A stretch of DNA of 64,000 nucleotides from Candidatus Latescibacterota bacterium. GTDB taxonomy: Bacteria; Latescibacterota; UBA2968; UBA8231. Under the pieces are notes generated by a model. That model was not told where the DNA came from. It searched no databases and worked only from the letters and a program-made list of their open reading frames with translations. Made by a program: the position numbers and the translations under genes. This document shows, one piece after another, positions 1 to 9,506 of the stretch (positions are counted from its first letter, which is position 1; each line of letters starts with the position of its first letter). The stretch covers positions 704,001-768,000 of the forward strand of contig OZ253462.1 in NCBI GenBank assembly GCA_965261395.1. Direction: 5' to 3'.

Positions 1-463
1 GTACACCGCCCTGCATCGCAGCATTGGCCCCAAGACCGGGAACCGAGCAGATGCCGAGCGCGACGATCGCCTGTACGGCGAGGTGCCAGTGACGCTCTAT
101 CCCACGCTGACGGACAGTGGGCCGATCTTCCACGTCCGCGTCGGCGACGAGGTCGAGACCGAGGGTCAGTTGGCTGCCGCCGAGTTGCAGATCGAAATGG
201 CCCATTGGTCGCCCGCCGATCAGATCGAGGTGGTGTTGGACGGGGTCGCATTGGCAGCGCCAGTGGTGCGCGATGCTGCGGCTGAAGATGCGGCCGATCC
301 GGGCGATGTGTCAGAGAACGCTTGGCTTTGCTGGCGCTTGACCGCAGCACAGGTGAGGCGCGGCGTTCACCAAGTCCGGCTGCGGCTGCTAGAGCGAGAT
401 GAGCGGTTGCGGGTGCCCTTGCGGGTCGAACACGTGGAAATCTATTTGCAGTACCGCCGATAG
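1..463 (+). CDS. Partial (5'-truncated by the window) GHL10/DUF187-like TIM-barrel protein, C-terminal beta-sandwich part
   Basis: The frame is open from position 2 (YTALHRSIG...EVPVTLYP). The C-terminus (RRGVHQVRLRLLERD...LRVEHVEIYLQY) resembles the C-termini of the paralogs at 1980-3551 and 38194-39771. Confidence 0.6.
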   Translation, partial: YTALHRSIGPKTGNRADAERDDRLYGEVPVTLYPTLTDSGPIFHVRVGDEVETEGQLAAAELQIEMAHWSPADQIEVVLDGVALAAPVVRDAAAEDAADPGDVSENAWLCWRLTAAQVRRGVHQVRLRLLERDERLRVPLRVEHVEIYLQYRR

Positions 464-497
464 CTCCCCTCTAAAAACAAAAGGTAAAGAGAAGATT

Positions 498-671
498 ATG
501 AAGAAGGTTGAGACTGAGATGGACGACGAACTTCGTTCGGAATACGATTTGAAGAGTTTACAGGTGAGACAGGTTGGCCCTAAGCGAAAGAATTTCAGGA
601 AACGATCTGTCCAGTTGGAACCAGATGTCGATGCGATTTTTCCAGACCGAAATTTTGAGGAAGCCTCATGA
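498..671 (+). pseudogene. Truncated small antitoxin-like (BrnA-like) protein remnant
   Basis: MKKVETEMDDELRSEYDLKSLQVR...VQLEPDVDAIFPD resembles a widespread small protein family usually paired with BrnT. It ends where a VNEALR-type helix would be expected. No toxin gene lies upstream, and the stop overlaps the next ATG (ATGA). Confidence 0.45.
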
Positions 672-1921
672 AAGTCACTAAGATAGAAGTACACGAAATC
701 AGCCTAGAGTACCAAGACTGGATCGCCTATCCGGTCAGCCACTACCAAGGCGTGAACCGGCGCACGGTGTACGTGGTCCACACCGATACCGGTCTGATCG
801 GCCTAGGCGAGAGCGGCCGCACCGAGCCGCAGGAAGTAATCGACCAGTACCTGGGTAGCAATCCCTTTGAATGGATGGGCGACGAAGTCTCCATCGGGCT
901 GGGTACGGCCATGTACGATTTGATGGGCCAAGCCGCGGGCGTGCCGGTGTACAAGTTCTTCGGCCAAAAGTACCGCTCGTGGGTGCCAGTGGGCAGTTGG
1001 ACCGTGTCGAGTGCCCCTAAGCACATGGCCGAGGCCGTGGAGCGCTACGCCGCCCAAGGATACACTTGGCTCAAGTTCCATCTGTCGCCCTTTGAGAATG
1101 TCTTCGACCAGACCGAGGCCATGCAGGCCGTGGCCCCGCCCGGGTTCAAGATCCACTACGATTTCACCGGCGGCGGCACCAATGACTACATGCCGGATCT
1201 GCTGGCTAGGTTGGCCCAATATCCCATTGCCGGCTGCTTTGAAGATTCGCTCGATGCCGGCGACACCTTGGCGTCGATTGACTTGCGCCGGCGCATTCCC
1301 CTACCCATCGTGCGCCATCAAGCACCGCTGAACGCTACGTACGAGGTGCTGATGGGAGCGGGAGATGTGTACATGCGCGGCCACCAGAAATTCGGTGAGG
1401 CGATCCGCGCCGCCGGGCTGTTCGCCGCTGGCAATATACCGTTCATGTTGCAAAACGTGGGCGGCTCGATTACCCGGGCCATGGTTTGCCATATGATGGC
1501 GGCCTTCCCCTCCGCCACCTTTCACTTTGTCGATAGCAGCGAAACTCTCAAGGACGAGGTAGTGCACGAGCGTCTGGAGCCGGTCAATGGACTTATTCGC
1601 GTGCCGGAAAAGCCGGGCTTGGGCCTGACTCTGGACCGCGACGAGTTGGAAAGGCTAAAGAACCGGGAATTGCCACCCATCAAGCCGTGGATCGTCAAAT
1701 CGCAATTCGCCAATGGGACGCGGATGTACAACAGATACGACCCCCTGACGACGCGCCATTTCCTAGTCCGGCCCGACTGGACCCGAGGCGGGCTGCCCCA
1801 TAGCTACGCCGCGCCCATTGAGACCGAGTACTGGGACGACGACGGTACGCCTGAATTCGCCCAGATGATGGCGCGATTGGTGGAGGAGGGGATGGTGTTG
1901 GAGCCCCCAAGTTCCGTATGA
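668..1921 (+). CDS. Mandelate racemase/muconate lactonizing enzyme family (enolase superfamily) protein
   Basis: MKVTKIEVH start, VHTDTGLIGLGES, YDLMGQAAGVPVYKFFG, KxH (WLKFHL), metal ligands HYDF and FEDS, and NGLIRVPEKPGLGL. Confidence 0.85.
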   Translation: MKVTKIEVHEISLEYQDWIAYPVSHYQGVNRRTVYVVHTDTGLIGLGESGRTEPQEVIDQYLGSNPFEWMGDEVSIGLGTAMYDLMGQAAGVPVYKFFGQKYRSWVPVGSWTVSSAPKHMAEAVERYAAQGYTWLKFHLSPFENVFDQTEAMQAVAPPGFKIHYDFTGGGTNDYMPDLLARLAQYPIAGCFEDSLDAGDTLASIDLRRRIPLPIVRHQAPLNATYEVLMGAGDVYMRGHQKFGEAIRAAGLFAAGNIPFMLQNVGGSITRAMVCHMMAAFPSATFHFVDSSETLKDEVVHERLEPVNGLIRVPEKPGLGLTLDRDELERLKNRELPPIKPWIVKSQFANGTRMYNRYDPLTTRHFLVRPDWTRGGLPHSYAAPIETEYWDDDGTPEFAQMMARLVEEGMVLEPPSSV

Positions 1922-1979
1922 CGGTAGGAGGCCGGGCGGACTGGCCACGAACTTATTGGCAGATCAACGCCCCCATTCA

Positions 1980-3551
1980 TTACACCTTGCGCTCGGAAGG
2001 CCCCAAGTCTGGATCGACATAAGCGCGGTGAAAATTCCTGCCCTTCAGGTATTTGGTCTCCAACTCGACATCGGTCAGGGTGCAGAAGGGATCGGCCAAA
2101 TCCGCGTCGCGCTCCAACAGCGTCACTTCAATGCGGTTTTTCCCCCGCACCGGCCAGTGCGCCGCGTCCAATTTGAAAATGTGCCAGTACCCGCCCATCA
2201 CCCGGTAGCGCGGGCCGTCCATGTTGTAGAGCGAATTGATCTTGCGCAGCAGATCGTCGGGCAAAATTTGACCATTGAGCGCAAATTGGATGCGATCAGT
2301 CTCGACATTGCCGTGGATGCGGAAACGCAGCAAAACCTCGTGGACGCGGTCGAACTCCCCCCATTTTTGCAGGTCATCGGCAATGGTCAATGCCAATTCG
2401 ACGGGTTGGTTCAGATTCAATTGACGTGGTAGCGGATTAGGACGGCTGACCGGCAGCCCCCCCTCGGTGGCGGTAGGCAAGAAGTAGTATTTGTCCTTGG
2501 CCGCCATAATGCTGGGGTAGGGCAGTTCCCTGAGCTTTTCATAAAAGGACGCCTCGTACGGCCACAAGTGGAACCACTCGGAGACGTACAGGCCGTCAAC
2601 GCCCTGATCCCAAAAATTGCAGACCGCGGCCCGTAGCATGGACAGGGGCGCGTCGAGCAGGCGGTCGGAAAAGACCATGCTGTTTAAGGGGGCCAATAGG
2701 CGGCAGGACGTCCCTTGGGTGAGGCCGATGAATTCGGCGTAGTCGGCCTGCATTTTCAGGCGGTAATTCTCGCCGAAACTTTCCGTTACAATAACATCAA
2801 CCAGACCCCGTTTGACCCATTCCTCGGGATCGAGTCCGGCGCGGGCGCAATCGTCCAAGCGGTCGGGAATGTGCACCACCAGTTCTTTGTCGGGGCCGCT
2901 TTGTTTTACCGCTTCGTGGACCCGGCCGATCCAGTCGGTCATCAGGGCGCGCCCAGCGTCGATTTCGTCGGGGTGAAAGAAATAGGGCATTTGGTTGAGC
3001 TGCAGTTCAAAGCCGTCGGCCGGATACTCGCCCATCACTTCTTCGACAATGGCAAAGCGTTCGTCGCGGACCTCCGGGTGCTTGAAGTCGAGGCCGTCAA
3101 AGCCGGGGTAGTCCGGGTCGAGATTGCCGGCCGCGCCAATTTCAAGATGCTGGTTCTCAATGCGGAAATTGGAGCAGCGCACCGAGGCGTGGTCAACGCC
3201 GCCGCGCTGCACGATTAGGGTGGGATACACCTCGATGCCCAACTCGTGGGCTCGGTCGCAGACCAAGCGCAGGGGATCGTGGCCAGCGTCGATGAGAGAC
3301 TGGGCGTTTTGCCAAGCGCGGCGAAAGACGTGGTGATCCCAAACCTCGACATTGTGCCCCATCAACTCGCCGGCCCGGGTGTCGTGCAGCATGGTGCGGC
3401 CCTCGCCCAAGCAGAAGGCGATGGCTTCGACCGTGGTGCCGGCCAATTCATCGACCAAGGCGATGTATTCCTCGGGGGCCATGGGCGGCTCGTAGCGATA
3501 GATGTGGGGATGCCGGCCGTCGTGGTAGTACATGATTTTGGGTTGGTTCAT
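1980..3551 (-). CDS. GHL10/DUF187-like TIM-barrel putative glycoside hydrolase
   Basis: Motifs DPLRLVCDRAHELGIEVY, LDFKHPEVRDERFAIVEEV, YPADGFELQL, GLDPEEWVKRGLVDVI and QGVDGLY, followed by a C-terminal beta domain. Confidence 0.65.
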   Translation of the reverse strand: MNQPKIMYYHDGRHPHIYRYEPPMAPEEYIALVDELAGTTVEAIAFCLGEGRTMLHDTRAGELMGHNVEVWDHHVFRRAWQNAQSLIDAGHDPLRLVCDRAHELGIEVYPTLIVQRGGVDHASVRCSNFRIENQHLEIGAAGNLDPDYPGFDGLDFKHPEVRDERFAIVEEVMGEYPADGFELQLNQMPYFFHPDEIDAGRALMTDWIGRVHEAVKQSGPDKELVVHIPDRLDDCARAGLDPEEWVKRGLVDVIVTESFGENYRLKMQADYAEFIGLTQGTSCRLLAPLNSMVFSDRLLDAPLSMLRAAVCNFWDQGVDGLYVSEWFHLWPYEASFYEKLRELPYPSIMAAKDKYYFLPTATEGGLPVSRPNPLPRQLNLNQPVELALTIADDLQKWGEFDRVHEVLLRFRIHGNVETDRIQFALNGQILPDDLLRKINSLYNMDGPRYRVMGGYWHIFKLDAAHWPVRGKNRIEVTLLERDADLADPFCTLTDVELETKYLKGRNFHRAYVDPDLGPSERKV

Positions 3552-3608
3552 GGCGCGATCCTTTTCGTTAGAGATGCCCGGCCCTGCGCAAAAAAGCGGG
3601 CCGATCCC

Positions 3609-4502
3609 TCAACGGACATCAACGCCCACCTTTTGCGCCAACTCTTGAATGTAATTGCACGCCCGAGTGTTTTCCCAGTCTGTGTCGGGGTAATTGACGT
3701 ACACCGGCGAGGCGACCGTGCCCGAAACGCCGACATCCCGGTAGTGCTCTATGGTGAGCAGCACGTCCGCGTCGAGTTCGCCCAGGCGTTTCAGATAGGT
3801 CTCGTAGTCGAGCTCGCCCATCCCTAGGGGCACCTCGTCGAGTTTGATCACCCAGTGGGAAGTATCCAAAGACACATCCTTGGCGTGGGCCGCGATAATG
3901 TCCGGGCCCAGCAAATCGAAGGTATAATCGAGGAAGGCCGTGGTATTGTAATAGGTCCGGTGGGTGGTCATATTGACCGGATCGAGGATCACTTTGAGCC
4001 TCGGCGAGGCCACGTCGTCGAGCAGGCGGCGCAGTTGCGCGGGCGCATCGAGCGGCCCGCGATTGCCGGGATGGACACCCAGATCGACGCCTAGGTCTTC
4101 GGCTTCGGCCACCACTTCGGCCATGCCTTGCACCAGCCGGTGCCAGACTTCGTCGGACCACAGGTCGCCTTCTTCGGGACCGTTGGCAATGACGCTGACG
4201 CCGACGCAGTGGGCTTTGAGGGCGCAGGCGGCGCGCAAGCCTTGGGACAAGGATTCGCTGGCTTCTCGACGGATATTGGGATCGGGGCTGGCTAGAGGCC
4301 ATCCACAGTGGTACAGGGTGACCTCGCCGACAAAGCAGCCCTGTGTTTCGACCGCGGCTCGGCACGACTGCCACTGTTCCGGGTGCCAGTTGTGCGCGGC
4401 GATATGGCCGATTCCTTTGACGCCTATGCGGGCTAGACGCTGCAAGGTTTCGTCGATGTTGTCGGGGTTGACGCCGCTCCAGAATGCCACACCTAAGCGC
4501 AT
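3609..4502 (-). CDS. Sugar phosphate isomerase/epimerase (xylose isomerase-like TIM barrel)
   Basis: Start re-assigned to MRLGVAFW, which has a GGGAG RBS. Motifs LKVILDPVNM, AAHAKD, VPLGMGELDY and LTIEH. Confidence 0.85.
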   Translation of the reverse strand: MRLGVAFWSGVNPDNIDETLQRLARIGVKGIGHIAAHNWHPEQWQSCRAAVETQGCFVGEVTLYHCGWPLASPDPNIRREASESLSQGLRAACALKAHCVGVSVIANGPEEGDLWSDEVWHRLVQGMAEVVAEAEDLGVDLGVHPGNRGPLDAPAQLRRLLDDVASPRLKVILDPVNMTTHRTYYNTTAFLDYTFDLLGPDIIAAHAKDVSLDTSHWVIKLDEVPLGMGELDYETYLKRLGELDADVLLTIEHYRDVGVSGTVASPVYVNYPDTDWENTRACNYIQELAQKVGVDVR

Positions 4503-4753
4503 GGTTGTACTCCCTGTTGGATTCGGGGCTAATATTGGGCGATTGGCCGCCGTGGACAAGCGGTCGGTGCGACTGCGACTAGGAGATCGCGGCGTTTGAC
4601 TTTCTGCGCGAAAATATCTTGAATACCGGATTGCCCTCAGCGCACTAGGTGCTCTGCGGACAAATTGCATTTTCGCTGGGTAGCCCGCGTGGTTGCCCAG
4701 TATCTATGGACTATCGAACCAAAAAAAACCAGTGAAGAAGGAGAATTGAATCC

Positions 4754-5593
4754 ATGAGCGAGTCGAAGAGTGATGCAACATATACGATGGGACGCACCCA
4801 AGGGGAAGAGGATCGTCTAATTCAGCAGTCGCAACTGTACGACGCCGTGACGCGGCGTTTCTTTAGAGCGGCGGGCATCAGCAGCGGGATGAAGGTGCTC
4901 GACATTGGCAGCGGCACCGGGGATGTGGCCCTGACAGCCGCCGAGTTGGTCGGTCCAGCAGGGGCCGTCGTGGGCGTGGATGTAAATCCGGCGATTCTCA
5001 AAACGGCGCAGGCACGGGCACAGGTAGCCGGGTTTACCAACGTCGAATTCGTCGCGGGGGACGCCCGGACTCTAGACCTAGGAAACGACTTCGACGCCCT
5101 AACCGGCCGGCTAGTCCTCATGTACATGGCCGATCCCGCCGACGCCCTGAAACAGCTCGCGACCCGCCTGCGCCCAGGAGGGATCGTAGCCTTTCAGGAG
5201 GCTGATTTCACCCCCTATCAGCAAATGCCTCACTCTCCAGATACGCCCCTCGCAAACGAGCTGATCGGTTGGATCCTCGAAGTATTCGAGCGTTCTGGGG
5301 CGCATATTGACATGGGCTTCGGCCTGTACCGGGCTTTCGTCGAGGCGGGTCTGCCCGAGCCGTACATGCATTGCGAGTATCCGGTCGGCGGTCCGGAGGG
5401 CTGGGCCGGATACTCATACGCTGCCAACAGCTTGCGCAGCGTACTCCCACTCCTCGAAGATTACGGGATCGCCACGGCGGAAGAGCTTGATGTGGACACC
5501 CTAGCCGAGCGGGTTCGGCAAGAAGTGGTGACGTCGAAACGCCCGATTCGCTTAGCGCCCCATGTAACCGCTTGGGCACAGCTTGCGAGCTAA
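4754..5593 (+). CDS. Class I SAM-dependent methyltransferase
   Basis: VLDIGSGTG motif I, VVGVDVN, FVAGDA, GRLVLMY and LRPGG. AAGGAG RBS. Confidence 0.9.
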   Translation: MSESKSDATYTMGRTQGEEDRLIQQSQLYDAVTRRFFRAAGISSGMKVLDIGSGTGDVALTAAELVGPAGAVVGVDVNPAILKTAQARAQVAGFTNVEFVAGDARTLDLGNDFDALTGRLVLMYMADPADALKQLATRLRPGGIVAFQEADFTPYQQMPHSPDTPLANELIGWILEVFERSGAHIDMGFGLYRAFVEAGLPEPYMHCEYPVGGPEGWAGYSYAANSLRSVLPLLEDYGIATAEELDVDTLAERVRQEVVTSKRPIRLAPHVTAWAQLAS

Positions 5594-5746
5594 CCTTCCC
5601 GGCGGCCTGCGTCCGGCTACAAAAGCCATCGGCGCAGGCCGCGTCAAGATCAACGCCTTCCTTGTTCTACATAAATAAGTCGGTTGACCCGCCTTGGCTG
5701 TCGATTTTTCGCTACGTAATTGATCGGTATTGCTTTGGGAGAAGAC

Positions 5747-7141
5747 ATGTACGAATACCGTATACACCAAGACGCTATTTCCAACTTCGATAGTAAAGCT
5801 TTATCTATAGTTGAAAGGGTCTCTTTCACACCACATGGGGTTGATAGACAACCAATTCATGGAACTGTAATAGAAAATTCAGGTACTGAACGACCTCAAC
5901 CATCTGGACCTGATTTCCATGTGTCTGGTGTGATTACGGAATCAGACATCGTAGGTGAGGTGGACATAGGGCAGGTGGATGGAGATGGAAATAGAATTTC
6001 GTACCAGTGGTACGATGAGCCCGGCCAGTTCAGTATATCAGAGCATAACTACTCAGATGTCCGAGGCCTCGCCGCTCAACTCTTGAAAAACCAAGATATA
6101 GATTCTGCTATCTCACGCGAGACGGTAGAAGGACTTATCTGTAGGTGGGTACGCCAATTTTATACGAAAATCACCAAACAGAGTTTTATTGAATTTTTTC
6201 GTGCGGAAGCAGAAAAATGTGTTTGCAAGCTTCAAGTTTGGGCACCGATTCGTAGTTTGTGCATACAAAAGGCATTCAAACTCGGCGTGGTAACTTTCGT
6301 GCCCATAGGCCGAACTCGGATTGATGAATGGGAAAGACAATCGCTCGTAAAAGCGAAAGAACACAAAGAGTCGATCAAACAATATTTCGAGAATGAAGTG
6401 CGGCCAGTTCAAGGGTACACCGCAGCAGTAATGGAAGTTACTGCTGAGCAAAAAAAGGCACATGGCCTTCTACTTGATGAGGCCAATAAGGCACTAGGCT
6501 TGGTTAGGGTATTCACACCCTCATCCTTGCTTCCGAGTGAGACTTCTTCCTGTGTTCTATGGGGTACTGGACATATCGACCAATCGTTTATCTTCACAGT
6601 CTCTGACGGAAAGTTTGAAGGCTCTCAAAAAGGGTTTCTTGGCCCTAGTAATCAACCTGTAATACTGAGTTCTGAGATCATCGATAACAGCTTTCATCTC
6701 GGTTTGCATCGCCTACATGAAATGTTAGTTTCAAACAGTAGATCTGATTTAGAAGAAGCGGTACTCGAAGCCGTTCTACTATACTCAAGATGCACCATAG
6801 CAAAAGAGCCTACTGATAAACTCGTCTACATCCTCGTAGGCCTAGAAAGCATACTTCTTAAAGATTCGAATGAGCCAATTACGCAGAATTTGTCTGATAG
6901 AATAGCATTCCTCGTAGGTCGCAATTTGCAACAAAGAAAAGATATAGTGCAGTCTACTAAAAAGGCCTACAAATTGCGTTCCGATTTCGTTCATCATGGT
7001 GCTTCGATTGAATCCCTAGAGATTCTTCGAAAATTTATGGAGATCGCATGGCGTGTGATACTAGCACTGATTGGCTCTACTAGTCAACTGAGAACACGCC
7101 AGGAGCTTCTAGATCATCTGGATGACAAACGGCTTTCGTGA
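5747..7141 (+). CDS. ApeA-like HEPN-domain protein (putative defence RNase)
   Basis: Low-GC ORF. The C-terminal HEPN signature is LVYILVGLESILL...LSDRIAFL...AYKLRSDFVHHG (RxxxxH). The ATG at 5747 has a GGGAGA RBS. Confidence 0.7.
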   Translation: MYEYRIHQDAISNFDSKALSIVERVSFTPHGVDRQPIHGTVIENSGTERPQPSGPDFHVSGVITESDIVGEVDIGQVDGDGNRISYQWYDEPGQFSISEHNYSDVRGLAAQLLKNQDIDSAISRETVEGLICRWVRQFYTKITKQSFIEFFRAEAEKCVCKLQVWAPIRSLCIQKAFKLGVVTFVPIGRTRIDEWERQSLVKAKEHKESIKQYFENEVRPVQGYTAAVMEVTAEQKKAHGLLLDEANKALGLVRVFTPSSLLPSETSSCVLWGTGHIDQSFIFTVSDGKFEGSQKGFLGPSNQPVILSSEIIDNSFHLGLHRLHEMLVSNSRSDLEEAVLEAVLLYSRCTIAKEPTDKLVYILVGLESILLKDSNEPITQNLSDRIAFLVGRNLQQRKDIVQSTKKAYKLRSDFVHHGASIESLEILRKFMEIAWRVILALIGSTSQLRTRQELLDHLDDKRLS

Positions 7142-7292
7142 ATTAAGAATACAAACTTCGGCCAATACTATACTTCTGAGTAATACCAGCTCAACACAGC
7201 TTCGGGAGCAAACCACACGGTCAGGAGACCTCACTGTTTAAGCTTGGTCTGACTAGCTCCGAACCGGATACACGAAGTTTGAACAGCGGGGC

Positions 7293-7321
7293 TTGACGGT
7301 GTACTGAGGGTACGATATTGT
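7293..7321 (+). promoter_or_regulatory. Possible sigma70-type promoter for 7402-8301
   Basis: TTGACG, a 17-nt spacer, then TATTGT. Confidence 0.3.
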
Positions 7322-7401
7322 TGCACACGACAGGCTTCTTGGATGAATCTGAGCTGAACACAAAAAGCGAGATATTTTCTTTTAGAACGGATTAGAACAA
7401 T

Positions 7402-8301
7402 ATGATAACTGACCTTTTCTCGAAACGGCAGAAACGGAATCGAGGCGAAGTTCCTGACGTGTACCAGTACGAGACCATTCCTCCTGAATTACGGATTCAG
7501 ATTTTCCAAATCTGGACAGATGCCTTTGGGGATACTAGCACGAGAGGTGCCGTCAGTGCATACGGGTATATCAACAAAGTGCTGTGTCGTGAGTATGGCA
7601 TGCTTACACTTACTGAATATAGTGATTCCTATTTTGAGTCAGTCTCCAAATTCTTCCTCCAGACAGAGGATACAGAAAAGATAGTTGATATCATTGAGCT
7701 TTTATTCCAGTATATAGATAAATATCTCCGTGGCTACACTCCTGAATTCAGTAATCAGGAAGTATCACCCGATGAGGCGATTGATGAATTAAATTATCGG
7801 TTCCGCGAACACGGCGTGGGGTATCAATACGAATCCGGTCAAATAATCCGAGTTGATTCTCAGTTCATCCACTCTGAAGTGGTGCGACCTGCGCTGAATA
7901 TGCTTTCTGCTCCAATGTACGAAGGAGCGAATGCGGAATTTTTGAGTGCGCACGAGCATTATCGATCAAAGAGGTACAAAGAATGCCTGAACGACTGTCT
8001 CAAAGCATTCGAGAGTTGCATTAAAGCGATTTGCAAAAAGAGGAAGTGGGGCTATAATGAAAAAGATACTGCTAGTCGTCTAATTGAGATCGTGTTCTCT
8101 AACGATCTAATTCCACCTTTCATGCAATCACACTTTTCGGCACTAAGGAACACGTTGACGGATGGAATTCCTACTGTTCGCAATCGCCTGTCGGGACATG
8201 GACAGGGGTCAGAAGAAGTCGCTGTTCCAGAATACATAGCCGCATACGCACTTCACTTGACTGCATCAAATATTCTCTTGTTGGCGAGAGCTGACGAGTA
8301 A
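7402..8301 (+). CDS. STM4504/CBY_0614-family protein (AbiJ-type N-terminal domain plus HEPN/Abi-C-like domain)
   Basis: N-terminus FSKRQKRNRGEVPDVYQYETIP..LRIQI, then AIDELNYRFREHGVGYQYE, CLKAFES and C-terminal RNRLSGHGQG. Low GC. Confidence 0.75.
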   Translation: MITDLFSKRQKRNRGEVPDVYQYETIPPELRIQIFQIWTDAFGDTSTRGAVSAYGYINKVLCREYGMLTLTEYSDSYFESVSKFFLQTEDTEKIVDIIELLFQYIDKYLRGYTPEFSNQEVSPDEAIDELNYRFREHGVGYQYESGQIIRVDSQFIHSEVVRPALNMLSAPMYEGANAEFLSAHEHYRSKRYKECLNDCLKAFESCIKAICKKRKWGYNEKDTASRLIEIVFSNDLIPPFMQSHFSALRNTLTDGIPTVRNRLSGHGQGSEEVAVPEYIAAYALHLTASNILLLARADE

Positions 8302-8426
8302 ATAAAATAGGAGTCAACATGCTGAAAAGTTTTGATAAAAAAAACTGATCGAACTGCTTATAACCGCCCCTTGTTTCGTCGATGGTGATGTGGATATAAC
8401 GGCGAAATGGATCGAGGAGCTAAACA

Positions 8427-9503
8427 ATGAGCAAGTGGAAAATCGCCGGAATCAACTTCGACCATCTGCACATGGGCGACAATTTGCGCATGGCCTTTGA
8501 GCACGCAGACGTCGAAATCGTCGGCATCTGCGACGAGCAGCCCGAACGCATGAAACAGGCGTGCGAAGATTTCGCCATTCCAGCCGATAGAGTTTTCAGC
8601 GACTACCGAGCGTGTCTAGAAAAGACCCAGCCGGACATCGTCCTTTTGTGCCCAGCTACCGCCGAACACGGGGAGTGGACCGAAAAGGTCGCGCCTTTCG
8701 GGGTGCACATTATCATGGAAAAACCCTTCGCCGCCACCCTCGCCGAGGCAGACCAGATGCAGCGGGCCATGGAGGGGACGGGCAAGCTGTTGGCGATCAA
8801 CTGGCCGCTGGCTTGGTATCCACCGCACCGCACCGCGCAACGGCTCATCGCCGCTGGCGAGATCGGCGAGGTGATCGAAGTCCACTACTACGACGGCAAC
8901 CGAGGGCCGCTGTGGCATCTCGCCGACAAAGTGGAGCGCACCGCCGACGTCGTCGAGCGGGAAAAGCCCACGAGTTGGTTTTACAAAAAGGCGGCGGGCG
9001 GCGGCTCCCTGCTGGACTACCTAGGCTACGGCACCACATTGGGTACTTGGTACATGGACGGCCGGGCACCGATTGAGGTGACGGCCACCGTAGATCAGCC
9101 CCAAGGACTCGAAGTGGATGAGCACTGCATTGCAGTGGCGCGCTACGAGCGGGGTCTGTCGAAATTCGAGACGCGCTGGGGCACCTTTACCGACCCCTGG
9201 ACCCTGCAACCCCAACCCAAGTGCGGCTTCGCGATCGTCGGCAGCGAGGGCACGATCAGTTCCTACGACTACGAGGAGGTAATCCGCGTGCAGACGCGGG
9301 CGCAGCCAGCAACCGAAGAACGGCCGGTGGACGTGCTCGAACCGCCGTTCCAGAATCCCGTTCAGTACGTGATCCACTGCATTGAAGAGGACCAACCCAT
9401 CGAGGGGCCGCTCTCGCCGGTGCTGTGTCGCATCGGACAACAAATCGTCGATACCGCTTATCAAAGCGCTGCGCAGAAGCGCACCTTACCTCTGATTCAA
9501 TAG
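8427..9503 (+). CDS. Gfo/Idh/MocA family oxidoreductase
   Basis: HIIMEKPFA, GGGSLLDYLGY, IGEV and IVGSEGTI. GAGGAG RBS. Confidence 0.9.
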   Translation: MSKWKIAGINFDHLHMGDNLRMAFEHADVEIVGICDEQPERMKQACEDFAIPADRVFSDYRACLEKTQPDIVLLCPATAEHGEWTEKVAPFGVHIIMEKPFAATLAEADQMQRAMEGTGKLLAINWPLAWYPPHRTAQRLIAAGEIGEVIEVHYYDGNRGPLWHLADKVERTADVVEREKPTSWFYKKAAGGGSLLDYLGYGTTLGTWYMDGRAPIEVTATVDQPQGLEVDEHCIAVARYERGLSKFETRWGTFTDPWTLQPQPKCGFAIVGSEGTISSYDYEEVIRVQTRAQPATEERPVDVLEPPFQNPVQYVIHCIEEDQPIEGPLSPVLCRIGQQIVDTAYQSAAQKRTLPLIQ

Positions 9504-9506
9504 CGT

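Noticed and set aside
3619-4599. Long alternative-frame and antisense ORFs here and throughout the GC-rich genes
   Set aside because: They are Arg/Pro/Ala-rich shadow ORFs expected at high GC, with no motifs, and they overlap confident genes.
5603-5643. Hairpin GCGGCCTGCG...CGCAGGCCGC after the methyltransferase gene, as an attC site or ncRNA
   Set aside because: There is no GTTRRRY end and only one copy; it is most simply a terminator-like stem.
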